Assembly (NCBI GenBank): GCA_035352955.1
Contig: DAOPYQ010000003.1
Location: 76,901-140,900, forward strand
Reading direction: 5' to 3'
Origin: Candidatus Omnitrophota bacterium
GTDB lineage: Bacteria > Omnitrophota > Omnitrophia > Omnitrophales > Aquincolibacteriaceae
DNA: 64,000 bases
Part shown: positions 29,701-36,693 of the stretch, one piece after another
Position numbering within the stretch: position 1 is the first letter of the stretch
How the letters are laid out: every line of letters starts with the position of its first letter
Position numbers and translations under genes: made by a program
Notes under the pieces: generated by a model
Told to the model about the DNA's origin: nothing
What the model saw: the letters and a program-made list of their open reading frames with translations, nothing else
Database searches by the model: none

Positions 29701-31788
29701 GGCAAGAAGCCGCATAAGCTCGTTAACTTTCTCGGGAGTGTAGATCGCGTTAAGCTTTTCGATCGCAGCCTGGCGGACCGCCGGATCCTCACTTCCCAGA
29801 TCCCTTAGCGATGCCGCGGCAATTTCATTTCCCTTGTCCAAGGTCGGCGCAAGCATCTCAGGCAAAATCTGCCCCATTTGAACGGCAATCGTGTCGTCGA
29901 CTATGGCAGTCGCACCGTCGATCCCGACCTGGTCGGGACTGACCTTGCGAAGAACGCGGTACGTTTCACCGCCCTCTTTCGCTTGGACGAGCCGCAACTC
30001 ATTGCGACGAGCCATGGGCCCGTCATTCACGTCAGGAAGGATCCCGGCAGGTGTTGGGACTTCTGCCACTTTGGTTGCGGTCGCAAGTAATTTGCCCAGG
30101 ACCCCCAGTTCCCCAACACCCTGCGCATCCTGGCCGACAGGTCCTTTGAGCGGCTGAGCGAGAAGGGTTTTTTCGACAAAAGACAGCTCGAAATTCTGCT
30201 TTCCGTCCTGGAGCATGGTGGAGCGGTAAAGTCTCTCGTCGGATTTTTCACTAAGGCGCGGGGTGACGATCCCATAGCTCACGGAATTTTCGCGGAAAAG
30301 GTCGCTCATGCCGTCCGTGTGAAAACCGCCCGTGATAAGGACGGCCTTCGTGATCTTGCGCTGGCTCATGGCGTTCTGCATTTCTTTATAGAAGACGCCT
30401 TCACGCTGACGGGCGAAACCGTAGAACTCAAGGCCGGTCTTGAACAGCTCGGTCATCTTTCCGCTAAAAGCCTTGGGCATGACCTCCTGGTCTTTGCGGA
30501 CCGAGGTATCCCCCGCGGCAATGATCGCGGTCTTCAGGCGTTCGACAAGGTTCGTCACGGTCACACGATCCCCGGCATCGACCAGCTCGCGCCACTGCGT
30601 GCGGCTCAACTCCAGATGCAAAAGCTTACGCAAAAGCTCACCGTCCCTGTAAAGGGCAAGGAGGGCCTTCTGCTGAGGCTCCTTGGCTAAGGCATCGAGC
30701 ATCTGCGTAAAAAGGTATTCAATCTCCGCGAACAGGACCTTGGGGTCAAGTTCGGCCCGGAGCGTCACGTAACCGGCAAAAAGGCTGAACGCAGGATAAT
30801 CGCTGAATTTGAATCCTTTGGGGGCGACTTCAGCGGCAAGGCGCTCGAGCACGTCGCGCGGAGAAACTTCCTGCGCGGATTTTCCGACGGAGATGCTCCC
30901 TTCATTGAAACTTTCAAGCGCGGCAAGAAGTTCTTTCGAGACGCCCTTCGTTTTGAGCATTTTGAGAAGCGCGGCCTTTTCTTCGAGTCCCTTGGCTTTG
31001 TCCAGGGACTTTTCCATTTCCTGGATGGCCAGAAGGCGCGTGATCTGCGGCCAGCCGGCCTGGGCGAAAAGGCTGTTAAGATCGACATCGAGGATTCTCC
31101 TGGACTGTTTGGCGAGCTGCTGAACGAAAGGCATGAATTCGCGGCGGCCCAGCTCGAAACGTTTCCAGTCGGCGATCAGGGCGCGCGTCTCGGGCGTAAA
31201 GACCTTGGAGGCGGCCCGGTCGAGCTTCTGATCAAATCCCTGAAAGAAACGGTTGACGTCGGGTTCGGCGCCGAACACTTTCTTCAGCGCTTCGTAGTTG
31301 GCCTTGTAAAGAGGCGCCTGCTCGATGCCGAGTGCTTCGACGTTCTTCTCGTTCTCCATCAGGAACAGTTCGGAACCGGTCAGCTCGCCCTGCTTGGCGA
31401 GTTCGTCGCACAGTTTAAGATTGCGTTCTTCATCGGGAAAAAGGCGGAGATAATCCGCATCGAGTTTGGTCGAGGCCCCTTCCACAAAAATGGTCGTGAA
31501 TCCGTATTTCTTGTTCATGTGCTCCAGAAGTTGCTTGATCTTCATCTGGGCTTGATAATTGGCGTGCGCGTTCTGGATATGAAGGATGAATTGCGGTGCA
31601 GTAGATGCGGGCGCTTCGTAAAGAGCATCGACGGTGCCGAGATCCACGGGAACATCAATGCTTAAATAAGTGGGCAGTTCTCTCTTGGACGCAATTTCGA
31701 TATTAGCACCGGGGGCCCCCCATGCGATCTGTGTCGTGAGAAAGCAAACCACGGTCGCCGCCGCGATCACCTTCAGGCCCTTTTTCAT
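20734..31788 (-). CDS. Giant 3684-aa secreted/membrane protein of unknown function, with an N-terminal TraB/GumN/Tiki-like domain
   Basis: Uninterrupted 11,055-nt ORF with a signal peptide MKKGLKVIAAATVVCFLTTQIAWGAPG. The N-terminal roughly 530 aa carry TraB/GumN-family motifs: HIQNAH, FVEGAS, and GGFHTDG...YGIV. A central cluster of 6 or more TM helices maps to about 25250..26000. The sequence also has a recurring RAEKR motif and an internal perfect tandem duplication. Confidence 0.8.
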   Translation of the reverse strand: MKKGLKVIAAATVVCFLTTQIAWGAPGANIEIASKRELPTYLSIDVPVDLGTVDALYEAPASTAPQFILHIQNAHANYQAQMKIKQLLEHMNKKYGFTTIFVEGASTKLDADYLRLFPDEERNLKLCDELAKQGELTGSELFLMENEKNVEALGIEQAPLYKANYEALKKVFGAEPDVNRFFQGFDQKLDRAASKVFTPETRALIADWKRFELGRREFMPFVQQLAKQSRRILDVDLNSLFAQAGWPQITRLLAIQEMEKSLDKAKGLEEKAALLKMLKTKGVSKELLAALESFNEGSISVGKSAQEVSPRDVLERLAAEVAPKGFKFSDYPAFSLFAGYVTLRAELDPKVLFAEIEYLFTQMLDALAKEPQQKALLALYRDGELLRKLLHLELSRTQWRELVDAGDRVTVTNLVERLKTAIIAAGDTSVRKDQEVMPKAFSGKMTELFKTGLEFYGFARQREGVFYKEMQNAMSQRKITKAVLITGGFHTDGMSDLFRENSVSYGIVTPRLSEKSDERLYRSTMLQDGKQNFELSFVEKTLLAQPLKGPVGQDAQGVGELGVLGKLLATATKVAEVPTPAGILPDVNDGPMARRNELRLVQAKEGGETYRVLRKVSPDQVGIDGATAIVDDTIAVQMGQILPEMLAPTLDKGNEIAAASLRDLGSEDPAVRQAAIEKLNAIYTPEKVNELMRLLAINGGKSEDQKRELPQTAQSPWLLQDERTNFAHHLLQDRLFSINERETLAKRMLAEWKIPDLTSGKFDFSKISMVYFQPAWKDSIVLGGVAIALAAAGLAFLTTGVSLAVILGVGVVAGAVSAARWIRNRNERASLSKSIFPDGPATRMKSPEIPTGDMNLLKMGPVAGGVIQDDRDVGTPRAEKRGEVDAVIDGRDYRGPKQVDNLDGVREAVARLVELNPSARVFLIMGGDTAEQPVNYSGPESLTNALAAVNGKGPFVVQIRPSRFGNPAILVTYTRAEKRMTRAQKEEKIAAELNNIIATRPLEPGLTQEIRDFLAVMPVLTDVTLMRSLSALGVRLGMNFFTALGLGVEETAPVVKSPIYISRGLQSILLAVSLAFGAVLSARAFTTNEVPVGTQLVSFGKGETTEASPRMNFLEKTPTGVLAGWTMGTSSDITNMVFYIVANNRLTDTNGWAVVSRGFQATPQTPSYTIMTNAFLNSPTLFAGIIGGTNGFLNAAGRKELRGTPSERGPVNLKMLPAMWRALGLIFALSIASVAGAFTTNEVPVGTQLVSFGKGETTEASPRMNFLEKTPTGVLAGWTMGTSSDITNMVFYIVANNRLTDTNGWAVVSRGFQATPQTPSYTIMTNAFLNSPTLFAGIIGGTNGFLNAAGRKELRGTQLENIPRVVNTLWTLTARGNKGRRTSVALRIFGFGDSDLVGKDPIFEGNYSGDDQMLTKNSLNLGELAQFKLQMDLPDSIPETMEKTYSVSMKDNAIEIRPLFSVPVTLAGRQEKRATQLAGEQKIVFTEKQVADLAKFLQVDADQVRVQIGQIAEALTQAQQTNNVAEQSRLEAVLAKYPVVQYEDGKKGGSLGRFLTDEEFQGVNAVLMEVRHRKTPIILRATTATSNATITVAGVLWILKPLSLPASRQEKRAEETTGVNPQTPVNGLRAWFAFNRASALATGSALNVLEQAWEAYNKEVTLARGQAEAYKKIAALTLSGMKSFFTEQTGRQPKTAEPRITQADVDEAYDLFVSSLRSERRGADLRADLESFQIRRAFERVQLAAEIESSSFRNAAEESPEKIKISKIQDALDSAMGQYSKWLEEQKRLGTPANMDLATLKTQCFDPKRIKDAAILEETFARVVEAYAKDPMGMDFKPTPVEIESAFHRAVLTQAVERDKNVWNVLQAAWEAYHQRQGVMVRATGKIPKMSANPDLTRLWELLFAPQVDDDGRITVAVAERAFNAFAFSIRAEKRGEKKDFMTIGTSLGANIAAGATSIAGLVYPFISGVLAGVTGIFIMPLIVAATLAIPSLAVIYDQISYYVSGEAARVAERRQVNLANAALNPAMSVAMQAEQAREDREAGIRGSLETASWMLALIPAFFFLQALAAAVGTLAVLPTIAVFLLIAAGSTTVIRAVLKFVWSAVYQSSLEEPSVSPLSEKTMQVIRGGSLALSAGVSVAAAVAFANASLGIPVYALAVGGIALFLPLAMLFTGLFRDLAESFVTLFPKQSESLKRWLTTSPERIELQLRLWTGAVPQFKRLSELDRASTAELAEDFLSIDRDLVKGRIKSARQRLALAIQRETLQLALTLRGVNFELMARLAEGLESFGLNAAQIELIKQSDSKGYSAAEISQGVLGAEFYDDLQKEDLARKIETAHVEANRDVVVAARQLATEVLSADQVVPFLAGRLEKNASKGIGMTVHVTTDGPTIVFDDRTFRWQELLKGQLKTGVSYRVVINRAMSPVTHRIKLGSNEIADITRAEKRLGVRPPARSEVKGINLEAIEFLSTAPEVIDLATRLRLATAADEQDRLIEALANAIVARKGVGAFKGLDFYAVNSRIVFPILRQLWDEHMPGLNANSTEVRQVTGRVMVVLLGSNEIVDITRAEKRLGIQELAAAGLLMTSVPVAATAGMVVTPTGTVVTAGALVEAPKTVEDLVKIVRARKHVVLEDLLAGALDPKNSQAVRAEKWMALFDDLISFYRFNAGGAAVRSEAADLGKGRNGGVGLDSATPVDTPLDRDALKTVKDLYANTSVFKAKAYNAAVKHYLDGLRPMLDAASRKEIRAEKRGLTEEGDPTVNWTALQVVQQGTLTDREIDAAFWAATQSATGNESLVKAIYGAWQLYRKARRPSVSRDTFAELNPFFTGKFSEAAKAAVSKELRANSEKRDVPMAANVPPLASAIRVSTAAQRTPTVVGQEEPILTASDLSRVIDPPQILSALTEAESVARGITTMDLVGIIQMAKQKYDDGDDTSMTLRSIKTKLFTVAPEDQARADEAFRLFSSLALSTLRAEKREMTLNELDEAFRLTSIIRQRSFTPQDTNLGLRVRAFENAYFMKNSRPELVRTLETIVETYGFPEGATKTELQELIRSLKTYTKEQALAIQSEVLEATALETSVNAARTDLEGVPSRINVRLSGDKKKVEIRVSSNDPQFVLDANFVVAVFAFEGNLYIRHLVRGIAPQNVMIPKDLDLTKLTSGINTFPQEWVLSEEAVTRIEAPSVRTALSPRAGKLEMTSDKALEILSREVPGLALEDNNNIADFKVWNAAAKSKHQVSHAFWNVLKIPADAKPDAAGLILGQTDTRYQKYTDFFNSFDAPARDAEGREIVGFRSLRDIITDKATTSDEREVLLLSAVVSLAEIEGAGRVAIKTAIDRGATFDEMRAIALALAAKAKAERLEEAAKVKAAEAGRAERRDVSVSERQLAVAKWVEQNFTKQQVRTAMETTREALKAMGIPESELKTPALKVAVALTEGIARDNMEALAPVIIAISLLVDERTITGLTEQLQNAVPNMPLPISGDAGRLVKVIEGFKDPKVFLALLKFNLLLNPNMRFDTMVLGSGIDAAAVRQVLLDFAAWANKIHRPAFISQVDIRVFDPQAHDFNSKAAEFLALVKGKGYVLTGTANALSFLNLSFVTGVVVREADNVQGAVSQAAVGRVAMRGAQKIWNLSGMTPEQMADLLLKMPGFEKEGASGLAITKKSIDGMLQNMQVLFEAFQRIASAA
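27717..28527. repeat. Perfect in-frame tandem duplication inside the giant gene (period 459 bp = 153 codons)
   Basis: 27717..28068 is 100% identical to 28176..28527 (352 bp). Both copies encode AFTTNEVPVGTQLVSFGKGETTEASPRMNFLEK...NAAGRKELRGT. Each copy is preceded by a diverged hydrophobic segment. Confidence 0.85.
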
Positions 31789-31960
31789 GTTTTGTATCCT
31801 CCTCGGATCAGATTATGAACCCTTTTTAAAAGATTAAAAAACATAAAGAAAATGTAACATATCACGGCCAGTTTGCAAGCCTAAAAATCCCCTCAAGAGG
31901 ACTTTTTTAAGATTTATTGTAAGTCTAACCGAATCAACCATTTGCACAGTTTTTCTCCGC

Positions 31961-32689
31961 TTAAATGGTTACGAATTCAACGCCAAAACCAAGTTGCTCC
32001 TTGCGAACTTCCTCTCGACGGATCTTCCCGGCAACCTGGTACTCCTCCGGAAAATTGGCACTTGGGAAGATATGAATGTCGACCTTGAGTCCCGCAAGGG
32101 GCCCAAGAGCCGAGATCCGATGCGCCGCACCAAGGTCCAAATACTCCGCAAACAGCCCTCCTTCGCTGATATTGGTCGCGATGGCGCGCGTTTGGAGAAC
32201 CTCCCCCTTCGGGCTTGTGATCGTGAGCTTCAGCGGGATCGCCACATGCATACGATGACTGCGGCGCTTTTCGAGCTGGTGCCCCGGCGAATCCTGCGGG
32301 TTTTTTACCCCCGGCGCCATGATGCGCTTTTCCGCGTCCTTGTCAAAAAGGAACGGCCCGAAACTTTCCGCCACTTCCTTTTCGTCCGCGCACACGTCGA
32401 CCTTCCCGGTAAAGCAATTATCCTCGAGATAATGGGCCATCTCCGCGGAGGCCCCATAGATCACACTGTGCTTGGGGCGGATGCAGACCGTCAGCAGCCT
32501 TCGCAGACCGATCGCGTCAAGCGCTCCGGCCTCCTGGAAATTCAAAATGATCCTCTGCAGACGGTGGCGCCGAATGTTCTTCTGGATCTTCCAGGCAACC
32601 TCCTGCACGGATTCAAAGGTCGGCTCTCCTTTCAAGTCAAAGACAGCGACCCCTCCGATCTCTCTGGTGGAATAGTGGAATTTGCTCAT
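31961..32689 (-). CDS. STAS (anti-sigma-antagonist-like) + PilZ (c-di-GMP-binding) fusion protein
   Basis: N-terminal STAS-like region VAVFDLKGE...ILNFQEAGALDAIGLRRLL. The SpoIIAA phospho-serine position holds Ala, so it is not phosphorylatable. C-terminal PilZ motifs RRSHR (RxxxR) and NISEGG (D/NxSxxG). Confidence 0.7.
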   Translation of the reverse strand: MSKFHYSTREIGGVAVFDLKGEPTFESVQEVAWKIQKNIRRHRLQRIILNFQEAGALDAIGLRRLLTVCIRPKHSVIYGASAEMAHYLEDNCFTGKVDVCADEKEVAESFGPFLFDKDAEKRIMAPGVKNPQDSPGHQLEKRRSHRMHVAIPLKLTITSPKGEVLQTRAIATNISEGGLFAEYLDLGAAHRISALGPLAGLKVDIHIFPSANFPEEYQVAGKIRREEVRKEQLGFGVEFVTI

Positions 32690-32924
32690 GACAGATTTTT
32701 CCTCTTTTTACTGCGTTCGATCCTTCTGAGGTTCCTGTGAAGTCTCGGGTACATATAACCCGATAACAAATCACCCCGCAAGATCACACAAGGAACGTGA
32801 GGACCTCCTTTCCCATTCATCATTCTCAAGCCTTTCATCACGCTCAAATCATGCGTCATTTTCCGTATCTCCCTTTTTCAAGATTATCAGTCGTTTTACT
32901 ATGCTTTTTTTCACTTCTACATGA

Positions 32925-32953
32925 AACATAACTCAATACAATACTTTTGTCAA
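32925..32953 (-). promoter_or_regulatory. Possible sigma70 promoter (TTGACA-N17-TATGTT) inside the AT-rich island, upstream of the STAS-PilZ and giant genes
   Basis: Hexamers were read from the sequence. It would give an unusually long 5' leader of about 230 nt. Confidence 0.25.
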
Positions 32954-33170
32954 TATCTTAAATAAATAAATAAGTATTAGATTTAATTAAGTCTTATGTT
33001 TATCAATATATAACAAGTTTAATCAATAATATACTTAGCGCGAGCCATTTCGACACACATTTTAAATATCACCAATGGAAACCAACGGGAGAGAAAAACA
33101 GCGGATTTCAACAGCCCAGGGTCAGCAAAAAGCCTCAGTTCACCCTGGCTCGAAAGAAAGAAACAACACT

Positions 33171-34577
33171 TTAAGCGACCGGCCCCCTCGGAGACTTCCG
33201 AAAAAACTTAATGCGCTCGATCAGCGTTTTTTCGAAACCGATAGGTTTGGGGATGTAATACTGCGCGGATTTATCGAGATAGACTTGGCCTCTGGCTTCC
33301 TCCGGCTTGTCGTGCGGATAAATATATCCGACCCCATGACCGAGATCCTTGGCGCCGGAATACGCGCTACTGCGGAGATGCTGCGGCACCTGCTCGAACT
33401 TTTTGGTCTTGATGTCCTCGGTAGCGGTTTCAATTGCCATGTAACTCGCATTGCTTTTCGGCGCGAGCGCGAGATACGTCACGAGCTGCGAAAGAATGAT
33501 ACGGGCTTCCGGCATTCCGACAAACTCCACGGCCGTAAAACCGCTCGACGCGAGGATGAGCGCCTGAGGGTCCGCGTTCCCGATGTCCTCACTGGCGAAG
33601 ATCACGAGACGGCGCACGATAAACCTGGGATCCTCGCCCGCGTAAAGCATCTTCGCAAGCCAGTAAACCGCCGCGTCCACATCCGAACCGCGAAGGCTCT
33701 TGATGAAGGCGCTGATCGTATCGTAATGCTGATCCTCGTCCCAGTCGTAATGGACGATCTTTTTCTGGCAGGATTCTTCGGCGACCTCCGGCGTAAAATG
33801 AACGATCCCCTTCTCATCCGGCGGCGTCGTCAGGACGCCCACCTCGAGGGCGTTCAATGCGCGCCGGGCATCTCCGGAGGCTTGCCGGGCAATGTGCGCG
33901 AGCGCCTCGGGGGCCGCCTCGATCTTCAAGTTCCCGAACCCTCGGTCCTTGTCGGCAAGCGCCCTCTTCATCAGCGCGATCAGATGGGATTCTTCGTGAG
34001 GCTTCAATTCACAGACCAGGGAGCGGGACAGAAGCGGGCCGCGGATCGCGAACGTCGGGTTTTGCGTCGTCGCGCCGATCAGGATAATGACGCCGGACTC
34101 GACGTCGGGCATCAGGATGTCCTGCTGGGCCTTGTTGAAACGGTGCATCTCATCGATAAAAAGAACGGTCTTGCGGCGCGATTGACGAAGCAACTTCCGC
34201 GCCTCGTCCTGGATCTTCCGCATCTCGGCGACGTTGCTCAACACCGCATTAATCGAGACATAACGCGCGGCGGTCATGCGGGCGATCACCAGCGCAAGCG
34301 TCGTTTTGCCGATGCCGGGCGGGCCGTAAAGGATCAGCGAAGTCAGCCGGTCGGATTCGAGGGTGCGGCGGAGAAGTTTTCCGGGCCCGAGAAGATGGTC
34401 CTGCCCCAGGATCTCCCCGAGGGTCGCCGGCCGCATCCGGACGGCCAGCGGCGCGCCATGCGGGACCTGCAGGGAATCGTCGACTTCGGATTGATGGAAT
34501 AATTCGTCAGAAAAGCCGGAGGAAGGATAACGGATGGAGGACGAAGCTTCGGCTTTCAGTTTTTCGTCATCCTTCAT
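33171..34577 (-). CDS. rarA: Replication-associated recombination protein A (AAA+ ATPase, MgsA/RarA)
   Basis: MRPATLGEILGQDHLLG, Walker A GPPGIGKTTLA, Walker B VLFIDEMHRFNK, and the MgsA C-terminal domain. Confidence 0.9.
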   Translation of the reverse strand: MKDDEKLKAEASSSIRYPSSGFSDELFHQSEVDDSLQVPHGAPLAVRMRPATLGEILGQDHLLGPGKLLRRTLESDRLTSLILYGPPGIGKTTLALVIARMTAARYVSINAVLSNVAEMRKIQDEARKLLRQSRRKTVLFIDEMHRFNKAQQDILMPDVESGVIILIGATTQNPTFAIRGPLLSRSLVCELKPHEESHLIALMKRALADKDRGFGNLKIEAAPEALAHIARQASGDARRALNALEVGVLTTPPDEKGIVHFTPEVAEESCQKKIVHYDWDEDQHYDTISAFIKSLRGSDVDAAVYWLAKMLYAGEDPRFIVRRLVIFASEDIGNADPQALILASSGFTAVEFVGMPEARIILSQLVTYLALAPKSNASYMAIETATEDIKTKKFEQVPQHLRSSAYSGAKDLGHGVGYIYPHDKPEEARGQVYLDKSAQYYIPKPIGFEKTLIERIKFFRKSPRGPVA

Positions 34578-34588
34578 CCGTCATCCTA

Positions 34589-36655
34589 TTAGCTCTGAAA
34601 AGACGCCTGATATTTTTCGACCAGCGTGCGGGCGATCGTATCGTGGATTTTCTGAACTTCGTCGGAAACGAGGGTGCGAACGGGCGACTGATAGATCACG
34701 CGGAACGCGAGGTTCTTGCAGCCTGAGGGAACGCGCTTGCCGCGAAAAAGATCGAACAAAACGACGTCCCGGATCAGCCCCTGCCCGAGGCCGCGGATCT
34801 CGCCCGTCAGATCCCCGCTTTTGACGGAGTCCTTCACAACGATCGAAAGGTCGCGTTCGATCGCGGGATATTTCGGCCATTCCTCGAATTTCCGAACCCC
34901 CCGGGCGTGCTCCAGAAGTTTCTCGAGCGACACTTCCGCGTAATACACCGGCTCCTTAAGATCCCATAGCTTCAAGAGTGCCGCGGACACCTCTCCCATA
35001 AAAGCCACCGGCGTCTGCCAAACGCGGAGCTCCTCGGCGATCCCGGGCGCGAAATAACTTTTTTCGGATTTTGCGACGCAAAGCTCCGTCGCTCCGGCGA
35101 TCCGGAGAATCGCCTCAACACACCCCTTGAGATCATAGAACGTCGCAGGCCTCGCCTGATCGAGCCAGGTCTGCGCCGCTTTCTTGCCGTAAAGGGCGAT
35201 GGCACAAATACACTCTTCCACGGGGTGTTTGTGACTATCGGGCATCGCATAGATATTGGCGATCTCGAACACAGCGACCGAATCAGCGCCCCCGGCATTC
35301 ACGTTCGTCCGGATCACGTTGAGGAGGCTCGTCACCATGGTCGGCCGCATCCAGTGGAGCCCATGCTGAAGCGGATTCACGATCTGCACGGCATGTTTCA
35401 GGTCTTTTTCGGGATCCAACCCGTCTTCGGCGATAAGGCTGAACGTCACGGTCTCGGAAAGCCCCGCGCCGCTTAGCTGCTGACGGACCTTCTGCTCGAG
35501 CGCGAGCCTCGGATTTTCGTTCACGGCGATCGGTGCCCTGGCCGGAAGCGTTTCGGGAATGTTCTCAAAACCGTAGATCCGCGCGATCTCTTCAACAAGG
35601 TCAACCGGACGCGTCAGGTCCGGCCGGAACGAAGGGATGCCGACGGTCCATACTTCGGCGGAATGCTGTTTCACGTCGAGGCCGAGCCTTCCCAGGATGA
35701 GCGAGATCTGGCTCGACTTGATCTCCACACCGAGAACCGACTTCACATCGTCGCTGCGGAGCGAAACGGTCTTGACGGCAAGCTGGGGCTTCTCCCCCGC
35801 CTTGATCATCGCGCTGATGTGGCGCGGCTTGGCGTACTTTTTGATGAGCGCGAGCGCGCGGCGGCTGCCGAGGTCCACGGCTTCGGGGTCCACCCGGCGT
35901 TCAAACCGGTACGAAGAATCGGACGATAACTGGTGCCGGCGCGAAGTCGCCCGGACGCGTCCGGGATTGAAGAAAGCGGATTCGAGGAAAACATTCCGCG
36001 TGCGATCCGTGATCTCGGAATCCTTACCGCCCATGACCCCGGCCAGGGCGACCGCGTGATCGCTGTCGGCAATGACCAGATCGTCGGGTTTGAGTTCAAG
36101 GGAACTGCCGTCGATCATCAAAAGTTTCTCGCCGGCCTTGGCCTTGCGAACCTGGACTTCTTTGCCCTTCAGCAGATCAGCGTCGAACGCGTGGAGCGGC
36201 TGGCCGACCTCAAACAAAACATAGTTCGTGATATCGACAATGAGGTTGATGCTGCGGACACCGCACGCGAGGAGACGGTCCACAATAAAATCCGGCGTCT
36301 TGGTCTCCGTGATCCCTTCGATCAGGACCCCGGTATAATACGGACAGCCTTCGACATCCTTGATCTTGATGTCCCATCCAGGCGGCGGCACACTGCGACC
36401 CGCCTCGGGATCAACCGCAGGACCTTTGACGGAGATATTCTCGACCGCGGCGATCTCGCGCGCGACACCCCAATGGGAAAGCCAGTCGGGACGGTTCGAG
36501 GTGATCTCGATCTCGAAGAGCGTGTCCGAGGGACTCTTGAGCGTCTCGCATTTTTTGACCTCGAGACCGGCAAGCGTCAGACGCTCGGCGATCCGCGAAA
36601 GCGGCGGCGCCAACGTGATGAAATCCTTCAACCAGTTTGTCGATATTTTCATCAA
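34589..36655 (-). CDS. pheT: Phenylalanine--tRNA ligase beta subunit (688 aa, TTG start; it lacks the usual N-terminal tRNA-binding domain)
   Basis: B3/B4, B5, FDX-ACB and catalytic-like domains are recognisable. The protein starts MMKISTNWLKDF. Confidence 0.88.
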   Translation of the reverse strand: MMKISTNWLKDFITLAPPLSRIAERLTLAGLEVKKCETLKSPSDTLFEIEITSNRPDWLSHWGVAREIAAVENISVKGPAVDPEAGRSVPPPGWDIKIKDVEGCPYYTGVLIEGITETKTPDFIVDRLLACGVRSINLIVDITNYVLFEVGQPLHAFDADLLKGKEVQVRKAKAGEKLLMIDGSSLELKPDDLVIADSDHAVALAGVMGGKDSEITDRTRNVFLESAFFNPGRVRATSRRHQLSSDSSYRFERRVDPEAVDLGSRRALALIKKYAKPRHISAMIKAGEKPQLAVKTVSLRSDDVKSVLGVEIKSSQISLILGRLGLDVKQHSAEVWTVGIPSFRPDLTRPVDLVEEIARIYGFENIPETLPARAPIAVNENPRLALEQKVRQQLSGAGLSETVTFSLIAEDGLDPEKDLKHAVQIVNPLQHGLHWMRPTMVTSLLNVIRTNVNAGGADSVAVFEIANIYAMPDSHKHPVEECICAIALYGKKAAQTWLDQARPATFYDLKGCVEAILRIAGATELCVAKSEKSYFAPGIAEELRVWQTPVAFMGEVSAALLKLWDLKEPVYYAEVSLEKLLEHARGVRKFEEWPKYPAIERDLSIVVKDSVKSGDLTGEIRGLGQGLIRDVVLFDLFRGKRVPSGCKNLAFRVIYQSPVRTLVSDEVQKIHDTIARTLVEKYQASFQS

Positions 36656-36693
36656 AACCTTTCGACCCGGATCAAAACCCGGTCTTGCAGAAG

